Source of the DNA: Lachnospiraceae bacterium
GTDB lineage: Bacteria > Bacillota > Clostridia > Lachnospirales > Lachnospiraceae
Direction of reading: 5' to 3'
NCBI GenBank assembly: GCA_017938145.1
Contig: JAGBCB010000010.1
Coordinates: 164,063-228,062, forward strand
DNA: 64,000 nucleotides
Shown here: positions 37,086 to 47,539 of the stretch, piece by piece
Numbering within the stretch: the stretch's first letter is position 1
How the letters are laid out: every line of letters starts with the position of its first letter
Made by a program: the position numbers and the translations under genes
The notes under the pieces: model-generated
Databases searched by the model: none
What the model was told of the DNA's origin: nothing
The model's input: only the letters and a program-made list of their open reading frames with translations

Positions 37086-38118
37086 TATACCGGTGGAGCA
37101 TATCAGAAATTTATTTGGACAGTTTGACTCCCATGCAAAACAAATTGAAAAAACAATGGAGGTTACTTTAATCTCCAGAGATAATGAATTGAAAATTCTC
37201 GGCGATGCCACTAAAGTACAAAAGACAAAATCTGTTCTGGAAGAGCTGTTAAAACTTTCTATGAGAGGAAATACAATTACTGCCCAGAATGTAAATTATG
37301 CCCTTGCTCTTTCTGCAAATGATAAGGTAGAAACCATTAATGAAATCGATAAGGATTTAATCTGTCATACGATTCAGGGAAAACCAATCAAGCCAAAAAC
37401 CTTGGGCCAAAAGAATTATGTGGATTTAATCCGTAAAAAAATGATTGTGTTTGGTATTGGTCCTGCCGGCACCGGAAAAACCTATCTTGCTATGGCAATG
37501 GGTATTCAGGCCTTTAAAAATGATGAAGTAAGCCGTATTATTTTAACAAGACCTGCTATTGAAGCAGGAGAAAAGCTTGGTTTTTTGCCGGGCGATTTAC
37601 AAAGTAAGGTAGATCCTTACCTTCGTCCGTTATATGATGCTCTTTATCAGATTATGGGTCCGGAATCCTTTCAAAAGAACATGGAAAAGGGGCTGATTGA
37701 GGTTGCTCCCCTTGCTTATATGCGAGGCAGAACCTTAGACAATGCTTTTATTATTTTGGACGAGGCCCAGAACACAACACCTGCCCAGATGAAAATGTTT
37801 TTAACCCGCATTGGTTTTGGTTCTAAAGTAATTATTACCGGTGATTTAACCCAGAAGGATTTACCAACAGGTGCGGCGTCCGGTCTGGATATTGCATTAA
37901 AAGTGCTTTCTAAGGTAGATGACATCGGTTTCGCAACTTTAACCGGAGAAGACGTTGTCAGACATCCGTTAGTTCAGAAAATCGTTAAGGCATATGATGA
38001 GTATGAAAGCCGAAAAGCTCGTTTAGAGCAGGCCAAGTCTTCAAATAACAAACCTCAGGAAGCAAAACCTAAGAACCCGGGAAATAACAGATATTACAGT
38101 ATTATCAGAAAAAAATAA
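37060..38118 (+). CDS. phoH: PhoH-like ATPase
   Basis: Walker A GPAGTGKTYLA, ILDEAQNTTPAQMKMFLTRIG and VITGDLTQKDLP motifs. Confidence 0.93.
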   Translation: MNIVETILNIPVEHIRNLFGQFDSHAKQIEKTMEVTLISRDNELKILGDATKVQKTKSVLEELLKLSMRGNTITAQNVNYALALSANDKVETINEIDKDLICHTIQGKPIKPKTLGQKNYVDLIRKKMIVFGIGPAGTGKTYLAMAMGIQAFKNDEVSRIILTRPAIEAGEKLGFLPGDLQSKVDPYLRPLYDALYQIMGPESFQKNMEKGLIEVAPLAYMRGRTLDNAFIILDEAQNTTPAQMKMFLTRIGFGSKVIITGDLTQKDLPTGAASGLDIALKVLSKVDDIGFATLTGEDVVRHPLVQKIVKAYDEYESRKARLEQAKSSNNKPQEAKPKNPGNNRYYSIIRKK

Positions 38119-38133
38119 AGGAATTTCATAAGA

Positions 38134-39567
38134 ATGAGCGTAGAAACAAAAGAATCCAAATCAAAAATTTATATTCGATATGCAATTCATATGTTGATTA
38201 CAATAGCATTTGCTGCAGGAGTGGCGTGGTTTACCAATGAAATTATTTTGGAAAAAGCATGGAATAACCAATATTATCTTTTTGCCGGTGCAATACTTGC
38301 AGTAATCATCTTATGCTCTTTGTTGGAATGTAAGAAAATATACGGTTCCGTAAGAGCAATAGGAATATTGATGGCATGTTTTCTTGTTTCGGCGTTACTG
38401 TTATTGTTGTCGGATTATTATGTAAATCTTCCGGTATGGCTTCTCGGAGGAATTGTTGCGGCCGCATTAGTAAACAGAAACATAGGATTGCTGTATTTGT
38501 ATTTTTTTGTATATCACGCGGTTTATCTTCAGGGAAACTGGATGAACGGTCTTGTGTTTCATTTTGCCGTTGCAACACTGATTGCATTCTTTATCCCTAA
38601 AATGAAAACTTTTTTAGGGATGTTTTATATGATGGCATTTTCTGCCAGTATGGTAATAGCCGGTTCAATCATACATAATAAAATGAGTATTGATGAATCG
38701 ATGATGTTAGATACCTTTTATATACTTTGTACGTATCTTGTATGTATTTTTGTAACCATGCTTCTTGTAAAATGGACAGGTAATTCTTCTAAATCTGAGA
38801 CAAAAACAGATACTGCAGATGAGACAAACAACTATGCATACCTTGATCTTCTTGCAAAAGAAACAGCGGAGCAGGACGCCGCTATTGCTGAAATCAAAGA
38901 GTCCATTGCAGCTGAGCAGTGTGCAGAAGAACCTCAGGAAGTTCCGGCAGAAGAACAGGAAACAGAGAAGGAAGAAAAGAAAGTTGTTTTACAAGAGGAA
39001 CCAAAACAGGAACCGGAACCACAGGAGATTCCAAAGGTTGAGATTGATTATACGCCGTATTGCGATGAAAAAGCAGAGCTTTTATTAGAACTTCGTACAA
39101 AGAACAAATCTGCTTATGCACAGGCTGTTTTGGTGGGCAAGCTTGCTTCTGAAACCGCAAAGAGCATCGGTATTAATGCTGAACTTACAAAGGCGGCCGG
39201 TTTATATAAAAGAATCGGAAAAATCAGAGAAAATAATAATGAGTACACCTCTACGGAAGTTGCCAAGGAACATAATTTCCCTGAACCGTTAATTTATCTG
39301 TTAGACCAGTTAAACCACAATATTATTGAGCAAAAAGAAGCGGCGTTATTGCTTATTACCGATGGAGTTATTTCGTATTATTCCATTGTACGTCATGTAC
39401 AAAAGACAGATATTCCGGTGGAAAAAATTGTTGACACCATTGTTTCGAAAAAGATTTTCCAGGGTGAATTTAATGAATCCGGTTTAAGCATGCAGGAATG
39501 TTTCATGCTTCGTGAAAAGCTCATTGATTTATTAAAAACCCAGGACAGTAAACGTGCGGTTAAGTAA
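38134..39567 (+). CDS. Polytopic membrane protein with a degenerate HD domain, at the PgpH/YqfF position
   Basis: Multiple TM helices, an acidic linker, then a C-terminal domain aligning with HD domains but reading AYAQAV...LYKRIGK. Located between phoH and ybeY, as yqfF is in Bacillus. Confidence 0.6.
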   Translation: MSVETKESKSKIYIRYAIHMLITIAFAAGVAWFTNEIILEKAWNNQYYLFAGAILAVIILCSLLECKKIYGSVRAIGILMACFLVSALLLLLSDYYVNLPVWLLGGIVAAALVNRNIGLLYLYFFVYHAVYLQGNWMNGLVFHFAVATLIAFFIPKMKTFLGMFYMMAFSASMVIAGSIIHNKMSIDESMMLDTFYILCTYLVCIFVTMLLVKWTGNSSKSETKTDTADETNNYAYLDLLAKETAEQDAAIAEIKESIAAEQCAEEPQEVPAEEQETEKEEKKVVLQEEPKQEPEPQEIPKVEIDYTPYCDEKAELLLELRTKNKSAYAQAVLVGKLASETAKSIGINAELTKAAGLYKRIGKIRENNNEYTSTEVAKEHNFPEPLIYLLDQLNHNIIEQKEAALLLITDGVISYYSIVRHVQKTDIPVEKIVDTIVSKKIFQGEFNESGLSMQECFMLREKLIDLLKTQDSKRAVK

Positions 39568-39585
39568 GAAAGGAAGAAAAAGGCA

Positions 39586-40083
39586 ATGACCATCAATATT
39601 GATAAAGAAGTGGAACTGGCCTTTACGTTTGACCAGGATGAATATGTAGAAAAAGTTATTCTTGCAGCAATGAATTTTGTAGATTGTCCGTATGAGGCAG
39701 AGATTAATGTTTTATTTACTGATAATGCAGGTATTCAGGAAATGAATAAAGAATACCGGGGAATCGACCGCCCGACGGATGTTCTTTCTTTTCCTATGGT
39801 TGAATATGATATTCCCGGAAATTTTGATTTCTTGGAAGAAGAACAGGGAGACTGCTTTCATCCGGAAACAGGAGAGCTCTTACTGGGAGATATTGTTTTA
39901 TCTTATGATAAAATTAAAGAACAGGCGCTGGAATACGGTCATTCGGAGCTTCGGGAGCTTTGTTTTTTAGTTGCACACAGCATGCTTCATTTGTTTGGTT
40001 ATGACCATATGGAGGAAGAAGAACGTGCTGAAATGGAACAGATGCAGCGTGATATTTTGAACGGACTTAATATTTTGAGATAA
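39586..40083 (+). CDS. ybeY: rRNA maturation endoribonuclease YbeY
   Basis: HSMLHLFGYDH zinc motif; 165 aa. Confidence 0.93.
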   Translation: MTINIDKEVELAFTFDQDEYVEKVILAAMNFVDCPYEAEINVLFTDNAGIQEMNKEYRGIDRPTDVLSFPMVEYDIPGNFDFLEEEQGDCFHPETGELLLGDIVLSYDKIKEQALEYGHSELRELCFLVAHSMLHLFGYDHMEEEERAEMEQMQRDILNGLNILR

Positions 40084-40096
40084 GAGGTACACCTTA

Positions 40097-41728
40097 ATGG
40101 GGGAGAATAAGAAAAACAGCTTTTATATCCAGGGGACTATCCTTGCGGCAGCCTCCATTTTGACAAGAATTATGGGAATTGCGTTCCGCATTCCGTTGAC
40201 CAGAATTATTGGTGATGAGGGAATCGGTGCATATTCCAATGCTTATGAAATATATAATTTAGCCTTGTTATTATCTACTTACAGTATTCCGATTGCGGTC
40301 TCTAAATTGGTTTCTGCGCGGGAAAGTAAGAAAGAATATATAAATTCTTTCCGTGTTTTTAAAACAGCAATGATTTTTTCTGCAGCGGCAGGTGCATTAG
40401 CGGCACTGGTAACGTTTTTTGGAGCGGAATATTTTTCAAAAACCTTATTTAAATCCGTATCCAGTGCAATTCCATTAAAGTTTTTGGCACCGACAATTTT
40501 TGTATTTGCCATTATGGGTGTGCTCCGTGGATATTTTCAAGGAAAAAACACCATGCTTCCTACAGCCATTTCTCAGCTGCTGGAACAGTTATTCCACGTA
40601 GTGGTCGGCCTTGTTGCCGCTGTTATATTTATGAAACTTTATGCCGGTTCTGAGTTTCAGGTGGCATATGGTGCTGCGGGAGGTACCTTTGGTACCTTAA
40701 TCGGTGCTGTTGTTTCTCTTTTGTTTTTGGGTGCGATTTTCTTTATGTATTATCCAACCTTAAAACGCCGGTTCAGAAAGGACAGCGGTGCCCAAATCGA
40801 AGATTATCAAACCATGCTTAAGCTTGTTTTGATTACAATTTTTCCGATTATATTGAACCAAACCTTATATTCCGTCAGCGGAACCTTAGACAGTGTGCTG
40901 TTAAACTCTGTGTTGGATTCCAAAGGGTTTTCTGAAGAAGCACGACTTGTTTTATGGGGAAGATATTCCAGTAAGTACCGTTTGCTTGCTAATTTGCCGT
41001 TATCCATTGCTTCCGCTATCGGAGTGGCAGTAGTTCCTAATATCGTACGGGCACATACTGAAAACCATCCAAGGCTTTTGTATGAAAAAACCGCCCAAGC
41101 AGTAAAATTCAATATGATGATTGCAATTCCGTGTGCTTTTGGTCTGGCTGTTCTTGCAAAACCGGTGATGTTTGTTTTGTTTAATGATACAACAGAAATG
41201 ACACCGCTTTTGATGCAGCTTGGAGCACTTGCTATCGTGCTATATGCTTATTCCACAACAACAAGTAATGTACTCCAGGGACTTAGTATGATGCGGTATC
41301 CGGTAATTCATGCTGCAGCCGGAATTGTAATTTATGTAATTATTGACTATATTTTATTGTCCTTCTTTGATATGGGTGTTTATGCTCTTATCGTAGGACA
41401 TACTGTTTTCCCATTGATTGTCAGCATGTTTAACTGGCTCAGAATTCAGATGGAAACAGGATACAAACAGGAAGTTTTCCGGACGTTTCTTATGCCGACG
41501 GTTTGTTCCGGTATTATGGCGGTAATATCTTACTTTTTCTATCTTGGAATTCATACGATTACCAAGAGTGAATTGGTAAGCTTAATTATCACCATTATTA
41601 TTGCAGTAATAATTTATTTCGTGCTCATGATTCTTACGAAGACCTTAAATGAAAAAGAAATTTATGATCTTCCAATGGGCGGCAGAATCGTTAGACTGGC
41701 TAAAACAATCGGAATTTTAAGAGAATAA
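40097..41728 (+). CDS. MOP-superfamily flippase (SpoVB/MurJ-like polysaccharide biosynthesis protein)
   Basis: 543 aa with roughly 14 predicted TM segments. The N-terminal GTILAAASILTRIMGIAFRIPLTRIIGDEGIG is typical of SpoVB/Wzx-like proteins. Confidence 0.7.
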   Translation: MGENKKNSFYIQGTILAAASILTRIMGIAFRIPLTRIIGDEGIGAYSNAYEIYNLALLLSTYSIPIAVSKLVSARESKKEYINSFRVFKTAMIFSAAAGALAALVTFFGAEYFSKTLFKSVSSAIPLKFLAPTIFVFAIMGVLRGYFQGKNTMLPTAISQLLEQLFHVVVGLVAAVIFMKLYAGSEFQVAYGAAGGTFGTLIGAVVSLLFLGAIFFMYYPTLKRRFRKDSGAQIEDYQTMLKLVLITIFPIILNQTLYSVSGTLDSVLLNSVLDSKGFSEEARLVLWGRYSSKYRLLANLPLSIASAIGVAVVPNIVRAHTENHPRLLYEKTAQAVKFNMMIAIPCAFGLAVLAKPVMFVLFNDTTEMTPLLMQLGALAIVLYAYSTTTSNVLQGLSMMRYPVIHAAAGIVIYVIIDYILLSFFDMGVYALIVGHTVFPLIVSMFNWLRIQMETGYKQEVFRTFLMPTVCSGIMAVISYFFYLGIHTITKSELVSLIITIIIAVIIYFVLMILTKTLNEKEIYDLPMGGRIVRLAKTIGILRE

Positions 41729-41776
41729 AGCAACTTATTCATGTAAATACTTCTAAAAAACAATTAGGAGGTTTAT

Positions 41777-42448
41777 ATGAAAAAGATATTATACAGTTCA
41801 CTTTTATTTGCAGGTATTTCTGCTGTTTTTGGTCTATGTTATTATTTAAGCTTTAAGAACGCCTTACTTCATTATAACCGGGAAGCGGTGGAGCAGAATA
41901 CACAGGTTTTACAGGAACTTTTACAATCCTCCGGAGAAAGTGAACGGTTATTACAACAATTGCTACAACATAACGAAGATGTGATTTCTGCTTCGTCCAC
42001 AGGAGAGTCACTTCGGGAGACCGCCAGCTATTTTTTGGAAACTGTCTATTTACAAAGCCAGACAGAGGAAAGAGAGCAGCTGGCACTTCCTGGTTTTATG
42101 GTTGGAATTGATTTAAAGGGATTAACTGCTTATGTAAAAGGATATATGGAGACAATGCCGGTAAACGAGTATCTTGCGGGACTTATTTCTTATGAAGTAG
42201 TTTCTTTTGCACAGGATAAGGTAGTTCTGCGGAAAACCTATGATGAAAATAAGGTGGAAAACCAGTTCTACATTTGTAGAAGAGGCGATTTTATTGTAGT
42301 ATATTACAGTGATTTAAAAAATGTTTATGAATATACTGACATCCGTGTTGACAGTCTGATTGAAGAAATTCAAAATTCCGTCAACCAGGGCTTTTATGTA
42401 AAGGATGTACAGGAATTATACAGTATTTTAGAAGGTTATACGAGTTAG
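41777..42448 (+). CDS. Membrane-anchored hypothetical protein (tentative BofC-like C-terminal motif)
   Basis: N-terminal TM helix. The C-terminal GDFIVVYYSDLKNVYEYTDIRVDSL...GFYVKDVQELYSILEGYTS resembles BofC-type domains. This is recollection only. Confidence 0.4.
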   Translation: MKKILYSSLLFAGISAVFGLCYYLSFKNALLHYNREAVEQNTQVLQELLQSSGESERLLQQLLQHNEDVISASSTGESLRETASYFLETVYLQSQTEEREQLALPGFMVGIDLKGLTAYVKGYMETMPVNEYLAGLISYEVVSFAQDKVVLRKTYDENKVENQFYICRRGDFIVVYYSDLKNVYEYTDIRVDSLIEEIQNSVNQGFYVKDVQELYSILEGYTS

Positions 42449-42459
42449 GAAGGTAAAAA

Positions 42460-43680
42460 ATGAGGACACGTATTGCAATAATAGGCGGAGGAGCTTCCGG
42501 CATGATGGCAGCAATTACAGCAGCTGACCAAGGTGCTGAAGTTTGGATTTATGAATTAAAAGACCGTTTGGGTAAAAAAATACTGGCTACCGGTAATGGT
42601 AAATGTAATTTTACAAATATGTTTCAGGATGATTCCTGTTATCGTGGTACGAATCCTTCCTTTTCTAAGTCTGTCCGTGAACAGTTTACGGTAGAGAATA
42701 CCTTGGAATTTTTCAGGAAGATTGGCATTGAACCAAAAGTAAAGAACGGATATGTGTATCCGAATTCAGAACAGGCAGCTTCTGTAGCGGATGCACTGTC
42801 CATGGAACTTCGTGCGAAACATGTGAAAGTTGTTCAGGAACAGGTTTACTCTGTAAAGGGTCAAGACGGTGATTTCTTAGTGAAGTCAGAACATGGACAG
42901 AACGAGTTTGATAAAGTAATATTATGCTGTGGAAGTCCTGCCGGAATGAAAAATCCTAAGGAGTTTGCCGGCTATAGTCTGGCAGAAAGTTTTGGACATC
43001 AAATTACTGATTTAATTCCTGCACTTGTACAGCTTAGATGTAAGGAAAAATGGTTTAAAACCATCTCCGGTGTAAGATGTGAAGGAATTATTCGTGTATT
43101 GGAAAACGGAAAGGAAATTGCGAAAGAAAAGGGCGAACTTCTTTTTGCGGAATACGGATTATCCGGCATTCCGGTATTTCAAGTCAGCCGTTTTGCAGGA
43201 GAAGCCTTAAATAGGGGCAGTAAAGTAACCTGTAAGGTGGATTTACTACCGGGATATACAAAAGAAGAACTGGAGGCACGTTTAGTACAGCGTTTTGAAT
43301 CTTTAAGAGGCCGCACCGCAGAAGAACTGCTGGTGGGGTTACATAATCATAAAGTAAACTATGTTTTGTTAAAGGAACTTGGCATTGATCCGGTGGAAGA
43401 CAGTAAAAAATCTTATGGAACGTCTGATTTTATAAGGCTTGCAAGTCTTTATAAAGAGTTAACCTGTCAGGTGACGGAACTGAATCCTTTTGCTAATGCC
43501 CAGGTCTGCGCCGGAGGTGTGGATACATCTGAAATTGATGACAGAACCCTGGAATCCAAATTGATTAAAGGTTTGTACTTTGCGGGAGAATTCGTAGATG
43601 TAGACGGTACCTGCGGCGGTTATAACCTGCAGTGGGCATGGAGCAGCGGTTATGTGGCAGGATTTCATGCAGCAAAATAA
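42460..43680 (+). CDS. HI0933/YhiN-family FAD-dependent oxidoreductase
   Basis: Rossmann motif IAIIGGGASGMMAA, GNGKCNFTN, and C-terminal LYFAGEFVDVDGTCGGYNLQWAWSSG. Confidence 0.85.
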   Translation: MRTRIAIIGGGASGMMAAITAADQGAEVWIYELKDRLGKKILATGNGKCNFTNMFQDDSCYRGTNPSFSKSVREQFTVENTLEFFRKIGIEPKVKNGYVYPNSEQAASVADALSMELRAKHVKVVQEQVYSVKGQDGDFLVKSEHGQNEFDKVILCCGSPAGMKNPKEFAGYSLAESFGHQITDLIPALVQLRCKEKWFKTISGVRCEGIIRVLENGKEIAKEKGELLFAEYGLSGIPVFQVSRFAGEALNRGSKVTCKVDLLPGYTKEELEARLVQRFESLRGRTAEELLVGLHNHKVNYVLLKELGIDPVEDSKKSYGTSDFIRLASLYKELTCQVTELNPFANAQVCAGGVDTSEIDDRTLESKLIKGLYFAGEFVDVDGTCGGYNLQWAWSSGYVAGFHAAK

Positions 43681-43737
43681 ATGCTTTTATATATTCTACG
43701 AGCATAGAATGATTTTTCGGTTAGAAAGGCGATAACG

Positions 43738-45342
43738 ATGATTAGAATACCTCAGTTAAAAATGCATATTCATCATACGGATGCAGAGCTTAAATCTGCT
43801 GTAAAAAAAGAACTTCGTCTTTCTCATGATAAGTTTACATATAATATTCGGAAACGCTCCATTGATGCCAGAAAAAAACAGGAGCTTCACTATGTGTATG
43901 CCATTGATGTAGAACTTTCGGAAAAAGAAGAACGACAGCTGATTGCAAAATCGAAAGGGAAATTTACGGTTGCTCCAAAGGAAGAATATTCCTATGAGCC
44001 GACAGGAACAAAACCTATGGCAAATCGTCCTGTTATTATCGGGGCCGGTCCGGCTGGATTATTTTGTGCATATTTTCTGGCAAAGCATGGCTATGCACCA
44101 ATCGTGGTAGAACGTGGGGAAGCCATGGAAGACCGGATGAAACGGGTAGAAGAGTTTTGGGCAGGCGGTCCCTTAAATAAAGAAAGCAATGTCCAGTTTG
44201 GTGAGGGCGGAGCAGGAACTTTTTCCGACGGAAAACTAAATACCATGGTAAAGGATCCGTCAGGACGTATCCGTGAAGTATTAAAAGTATTTGTGGAGCA
44301 TGGTGCTTCGGAGGAAATTTTATATATTAATAAGCCGCATATTGGTACGGATAATCTGCGACATGTCATTGTATCCATGAGAAAGCAAATGATAGAATGG
44401 GGTGCAGAATTTTACTTTTCTTCTAAGGTAACCGATGTTTTGTTAAAGGAAGACGGAACTGTAAAAGGTGTAGAAATCAATGGTTCTACAAAAGTAGAAT
44501 CTGACGTTGTGGTAGCTGCTCTCGGTCATAGTGCCAGGGATACCTTTGAATTATTAAGCAAGAAACCATTAACCTTAGAGAATAAAGCATTTGCTATCGG
44601 TGTGCGTGTGGAGCATCCGCAGGAAATGATAGGCCGTGCCCAATACGGAGATGCCTACAAAGAACTTCCGGCTGCAGATTATAAATTGACTCATCAGTGC
44701 GAAAACGGCAGAGGGGTTTATTCTTTCTGTATGTGTCCCGGTGGATTCGTGGTGAATGCTTCTTCGGAAGAAAAACGCCTGGTGGTAAACGGAATGAGTA
44801 ATCATGACCGTTCCGAAAGAAACGCCAACAGTGCTTTAATTGTGACGGTAACCCCTGAAGATTTTCAGGCAGAAGGATATAACGGACCTCTTGCCGGTAT
44901 GCAGTTTCAGCGTAAATGGGAGGAAGCGGCATTTTGTGCCGGCAGCGGAAAAATTCCGATGCAATTATTTGGAGACTTGTTAAGTGGGAAAAAGTCTGCT
45001 ACAATAGGAGAAATTGTTCCTAATACGAAAGGTGCTTGGCAATTTGCTGATTTATCGGAATGCCTTCCGGGCTATGTTCTGGAAAGCTTAAAAGAAGGTA
45101 TTTTTGCATTTGATAAAAAAATACCGGGCTTTGCAGGAAAAGACAGCGTATTGTTGGGCGTAGAAACCAGAACATCTTCTCCGGTACGTATCGTCAGAGG
45201 AGAAGACTATCAGTCGGATATCCCGGGATTTTATCCATGCGGAGAAGGAGCAGGCTATGCCGGTGGCATTACCAGTGCGGCAGTAGACGGAATTAAAGTA
45301 TTTGAGGCAATTACGACAGTATATAGTAAGAATCGAGGATAA
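43738..45342 (+). CDS. Uncharacterised FAD-dependent dehydrogenase (COG2509-like)
   Basis: VIIGAGPAGLFCA dinucleotide motif, GEGGAGTFSDGKL, and GEGAGYAGGITSAAVDG. Confidence 0.75.
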   Translation: MIRIPQLKMHIHHTDAELKSAVKKELRLSHDKFTYNIRKRSIDARKKQELHYVYAIDVELSEKEERQLIAKSKGKFTVAPKEEYSYEPTGTKPMANRPVIIGAGPAGLFCAYFLAKHGYAPIVVERGEAMEDRMKRVEEFWAGGPLNKESNVQFGEGGAGTFSDGKLNTMVKDPSGRIREVLKVFVEHGASEEILYINKPHIGTDNLRHVIVSMRKQMIEWGAEFYFSSKVTDVLLKEDGTVKGVEINGSTKVESDVVVAALGHSARDTFELLSKKPLTLENKAFAIGVRVEHPQEMIGRAQYGDAYKELPAADYKLTHQCENGRGVYSFCMCPGGFVVNASSEEKRLVVNGMSNHDRSERNANSALIVTVTPEDFQAEGYNGPLAGMQFQRKWEEAAFCAGSGKIPMQLFGDLLSGKKSATIGEIVPNTKGAWQFADLSECLPGYVLESLKEGIFAFDKKIPGFAGKDSVLLGVETRTSSPVRIVRGEDYQSDIPGFYPCGEGAGYAGGITSAAVDGIKVFEAITTVYSKNRG

Positions 45343-45344
45343 TC

Positions 45345-46196
45345 ATGGACGAGATGAGAGAAAACTTAAGCAAAAAGCAGAGAATCGTGGTAAAGGTTGG
45401 TTCTTCCACCATTACACACGAAGCAACAGGGAACATTAATTTTGCCAAGCTGGAAAAGCTGGTACGTCTTCTTACCGACCTTCATAATCAGGGGAAAGAA
45501 GTTGTTCTGGTAACCTCCGGTGCAGTTGCAGTGGGCAGAAAATCCATCGGCATGCAGGAGCGTCCAAAGTCTCTTTCTGAAAAGCAGGCTTGTGCAGCCA
45601 TCGGTCAGGCGAGTCTTATGACTGTGTACCAGAAACTGTTTTCCGAGTATCATCAGCCCTGTGCCCAGATTCTTATGACCAAGTTTACAATTTTAAATGA
45701 TATTACCAGACAGAATGCCTGCAACACCTTTGAACAGTTGTTTAAAATGGGCGTTATTCCGATTGTAAATGAAAACGATACGGTTTCCACTGACGAAATG
45801 GAAAATCTTGGTATCGGTGAAAATGATACATTGGCAGCTCTGGTTACTGCAATGATTCACGGAGATTTAGTAATTTTATTATCCGATATTGACGGATTGT
45901 ATTCCGACGATCCGAAAAAGAACCCGGATGCGGTATTTTTCCATCAGATTGACGATGTAAATGATTCCGTACTGGGTATGGCAAAGGGCAGTTCCAGTAA
46001 TGTGGGAACCGGAGGCATGCAGACCAAGCTTTCTGCAGCGAAAATTGCAACGGACTCCGGTGCAGATATGATTATTGCCAATGGTGATGATATTGAAAAC
46101 TTACGCAGGGTAATGGATGGTGAGCAGGTAGGTACGTTATTTGTTGCCCATAAGGTGGAAGAATTTCATTTGCTGAATTACATAACGCATAAATAA
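45345..46196 (+). CDS. proB: Glutamate 5-kinase (no PUA domain)
   Basis: RIVVKVGSS, VTSGAVA and NENDTV motifs; followed by proA. Confidence 0.93.
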   Translation: MDEMRENLSKKQRIVVKVGSSTITHEATGNINFAKLEKLVRLLTDLHNQGKEVVLVTSGAVAVGRKSIGMQERPKSLSEKQACAAIGQASLMTVYQKLFSEYHQPCAQILMTKFTILNDITRQNACNTFEQLFKMGVIPIVNENDTVSTDEMENLGIGENDTLAALVTAMIHGDLVILLSDIDGLYSDDPKKNPDAVFFHQIDDVNDSVLGMAKGSSSNVGTGGMQTKLSAAKIATDSGADMIIANGDDIENLRRVMDGEQVGTLFVAHKVEEFHLLNYITHK

Positions 46197-46248
46197 AACA
46201 TTGTGTTGATATATAAGGAAATTTGGGAGGAAACAGGAGGATTGAGAT

Positions 46249-47490
46249 ATGGAATTAAATGAAATAGGCAAATGTGCCAAAGCAGCGTCCCGCCATTTGG
46301 CAATTTTATCTACAAGTAAGAAAAACGAAGCATTAAAGGCTGTAGCGGCTGCATTAGTTGCAAACAGTGCCGATATTATTGCTGCAAACGAAATTGACGT
46401 AAAAAATGCAAAGGAAAACGGTATGTCCGAAGCTTTGCTGGACCGTCTTTCCATAAATGAAACAAGAGTTAAGTCCATGGCAGACGGAATCCTTCAGGTT
46501 GCTGATTTAAAGGATCCGGTAGGTGAGGTTCTTTCCATGACAAACCGTCCGAACGGACTTATGATTGGTAAAAAGAGAGTTCCTCTCGGAGTTATCGGCA
46601 TGATTTATGAATCCCGTCCGAATGTGACTCCGGATGCGTTCTGCTTATGCTTTAAAACCGGTAATGCGGTTATTTTACGCGGCGGAAGCGACTGCATCCA
46701 TTCCAATCTTGCCATTACAAAGGTAATCCGTGCAGCTCTCAAAGAACAGGGTGTTTGTGAGAATGTGGTACAAATTATTGAATCCACCGACAGAGCAACA
46801 GCAACCGCCCTGATGCGCTTAAACGAATATGTAGATGTTTTAATTCCGCGCGGTGGCGCAGGCCTGATTAAGAGCGTAGTTGAAAACAGTACTGTACCTG
46901 TTATTGAAACCGGAACCGGTAACTGTCATATTTATGTGGACGCATCTGCAGATTTCGAAATGGCACTTAATATTATTGACAATGCAAAGACACAACGTCT
47001 TGGCGTCTGTAACGCAGCAGAATCCCTTGTAGTGCACGAAAGCGTTGCAAAGGACTTCTTACCTATGCTTTATAAAAAACTTACAGAAAAGGCCGTTGTG
47101 ATGCGTGCAGACGAACGTGCACGTGCAATCTGCCCTCAGATGGAAGCAGCTACGGAAGAAGATTTCTATAAAGAATATTTAGACAGACTGATTTCTGTTA
47201 AAATTGTGGATTCCATTGATGAAGCAATTGCACATATCAATGAGCATAACACCGGTCATTCCGAGTCCATTATTACTAAAGATTATGAGAATTCCCTTCG
47301 TTTCTTAAACGAAATCGACGCAGCCGCAGTATATGTTAATGCCTCCACACGTTTTACCGACGGCGGCGAATTTGGTTTTGGTGCGGAAATCGGCATCAGT
47401 ACCCAGAAGCTTCATGCAAGAGGTCCTCTTGGTTTAGAAGAACTTACAACAACAAAGTATATTATTTTTGGTAACGGACAAATTCGTTAA
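46249..47490 (+). CDS. proA: Glutamate-5-semialdehyde dehydrogenase
   Basis: 413 aa. Contains [24 protein letters not shown] and HNTGHSE. Confidence 0.95.
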   Translation: MELNEIGKCAKAASRHLAILSTSKKNEALKAVAAALVANSADIIAANEIDVKNAKENGMSEALLDRLSINETRVKSMADGILQVADLKDPVGEVLSMTNRPNGLMIGKKRVPLGVIGMIYESRPNVTPDAFCLCFKTGNAVILRGGSDCIHSNLAITKVIRAALKEQGVCENVVQIIESTDRATATALMRLNEYVDVLIPRGGAGLIKSVVENSTVPVIETGTGNCHIYVDASADFEMALNIIDNAKTQRLGVCNAAESLVVHESVAKDFLPMLYKKLTEKAVVMRADERARAICPQMEAATEEDFYKEYLDRLISVKIVDSIDEAIAHINEHNTGHSESIITKDYENSLRFLNEIDAAAVYVNASTRFTDGGEFGFGAEIGISTQKLHARGPLGLEELTTTKYIIFGNGQIR

Positions 47491-47496
47491 CATTTT

Positions 47497-47528
47497 GGGG
47501 CCGGCTGTTTTCCATCGGCCCCATTTTC
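47497..47528 (+). terminator. Hairpin terminator after proA
   Basis: GGGGCCG-12 nt loop-CGGCCCC, followed by ATTTTC. Confidence 0.6.
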
Positions 47529-47539
47529 AGGAGATTTTT

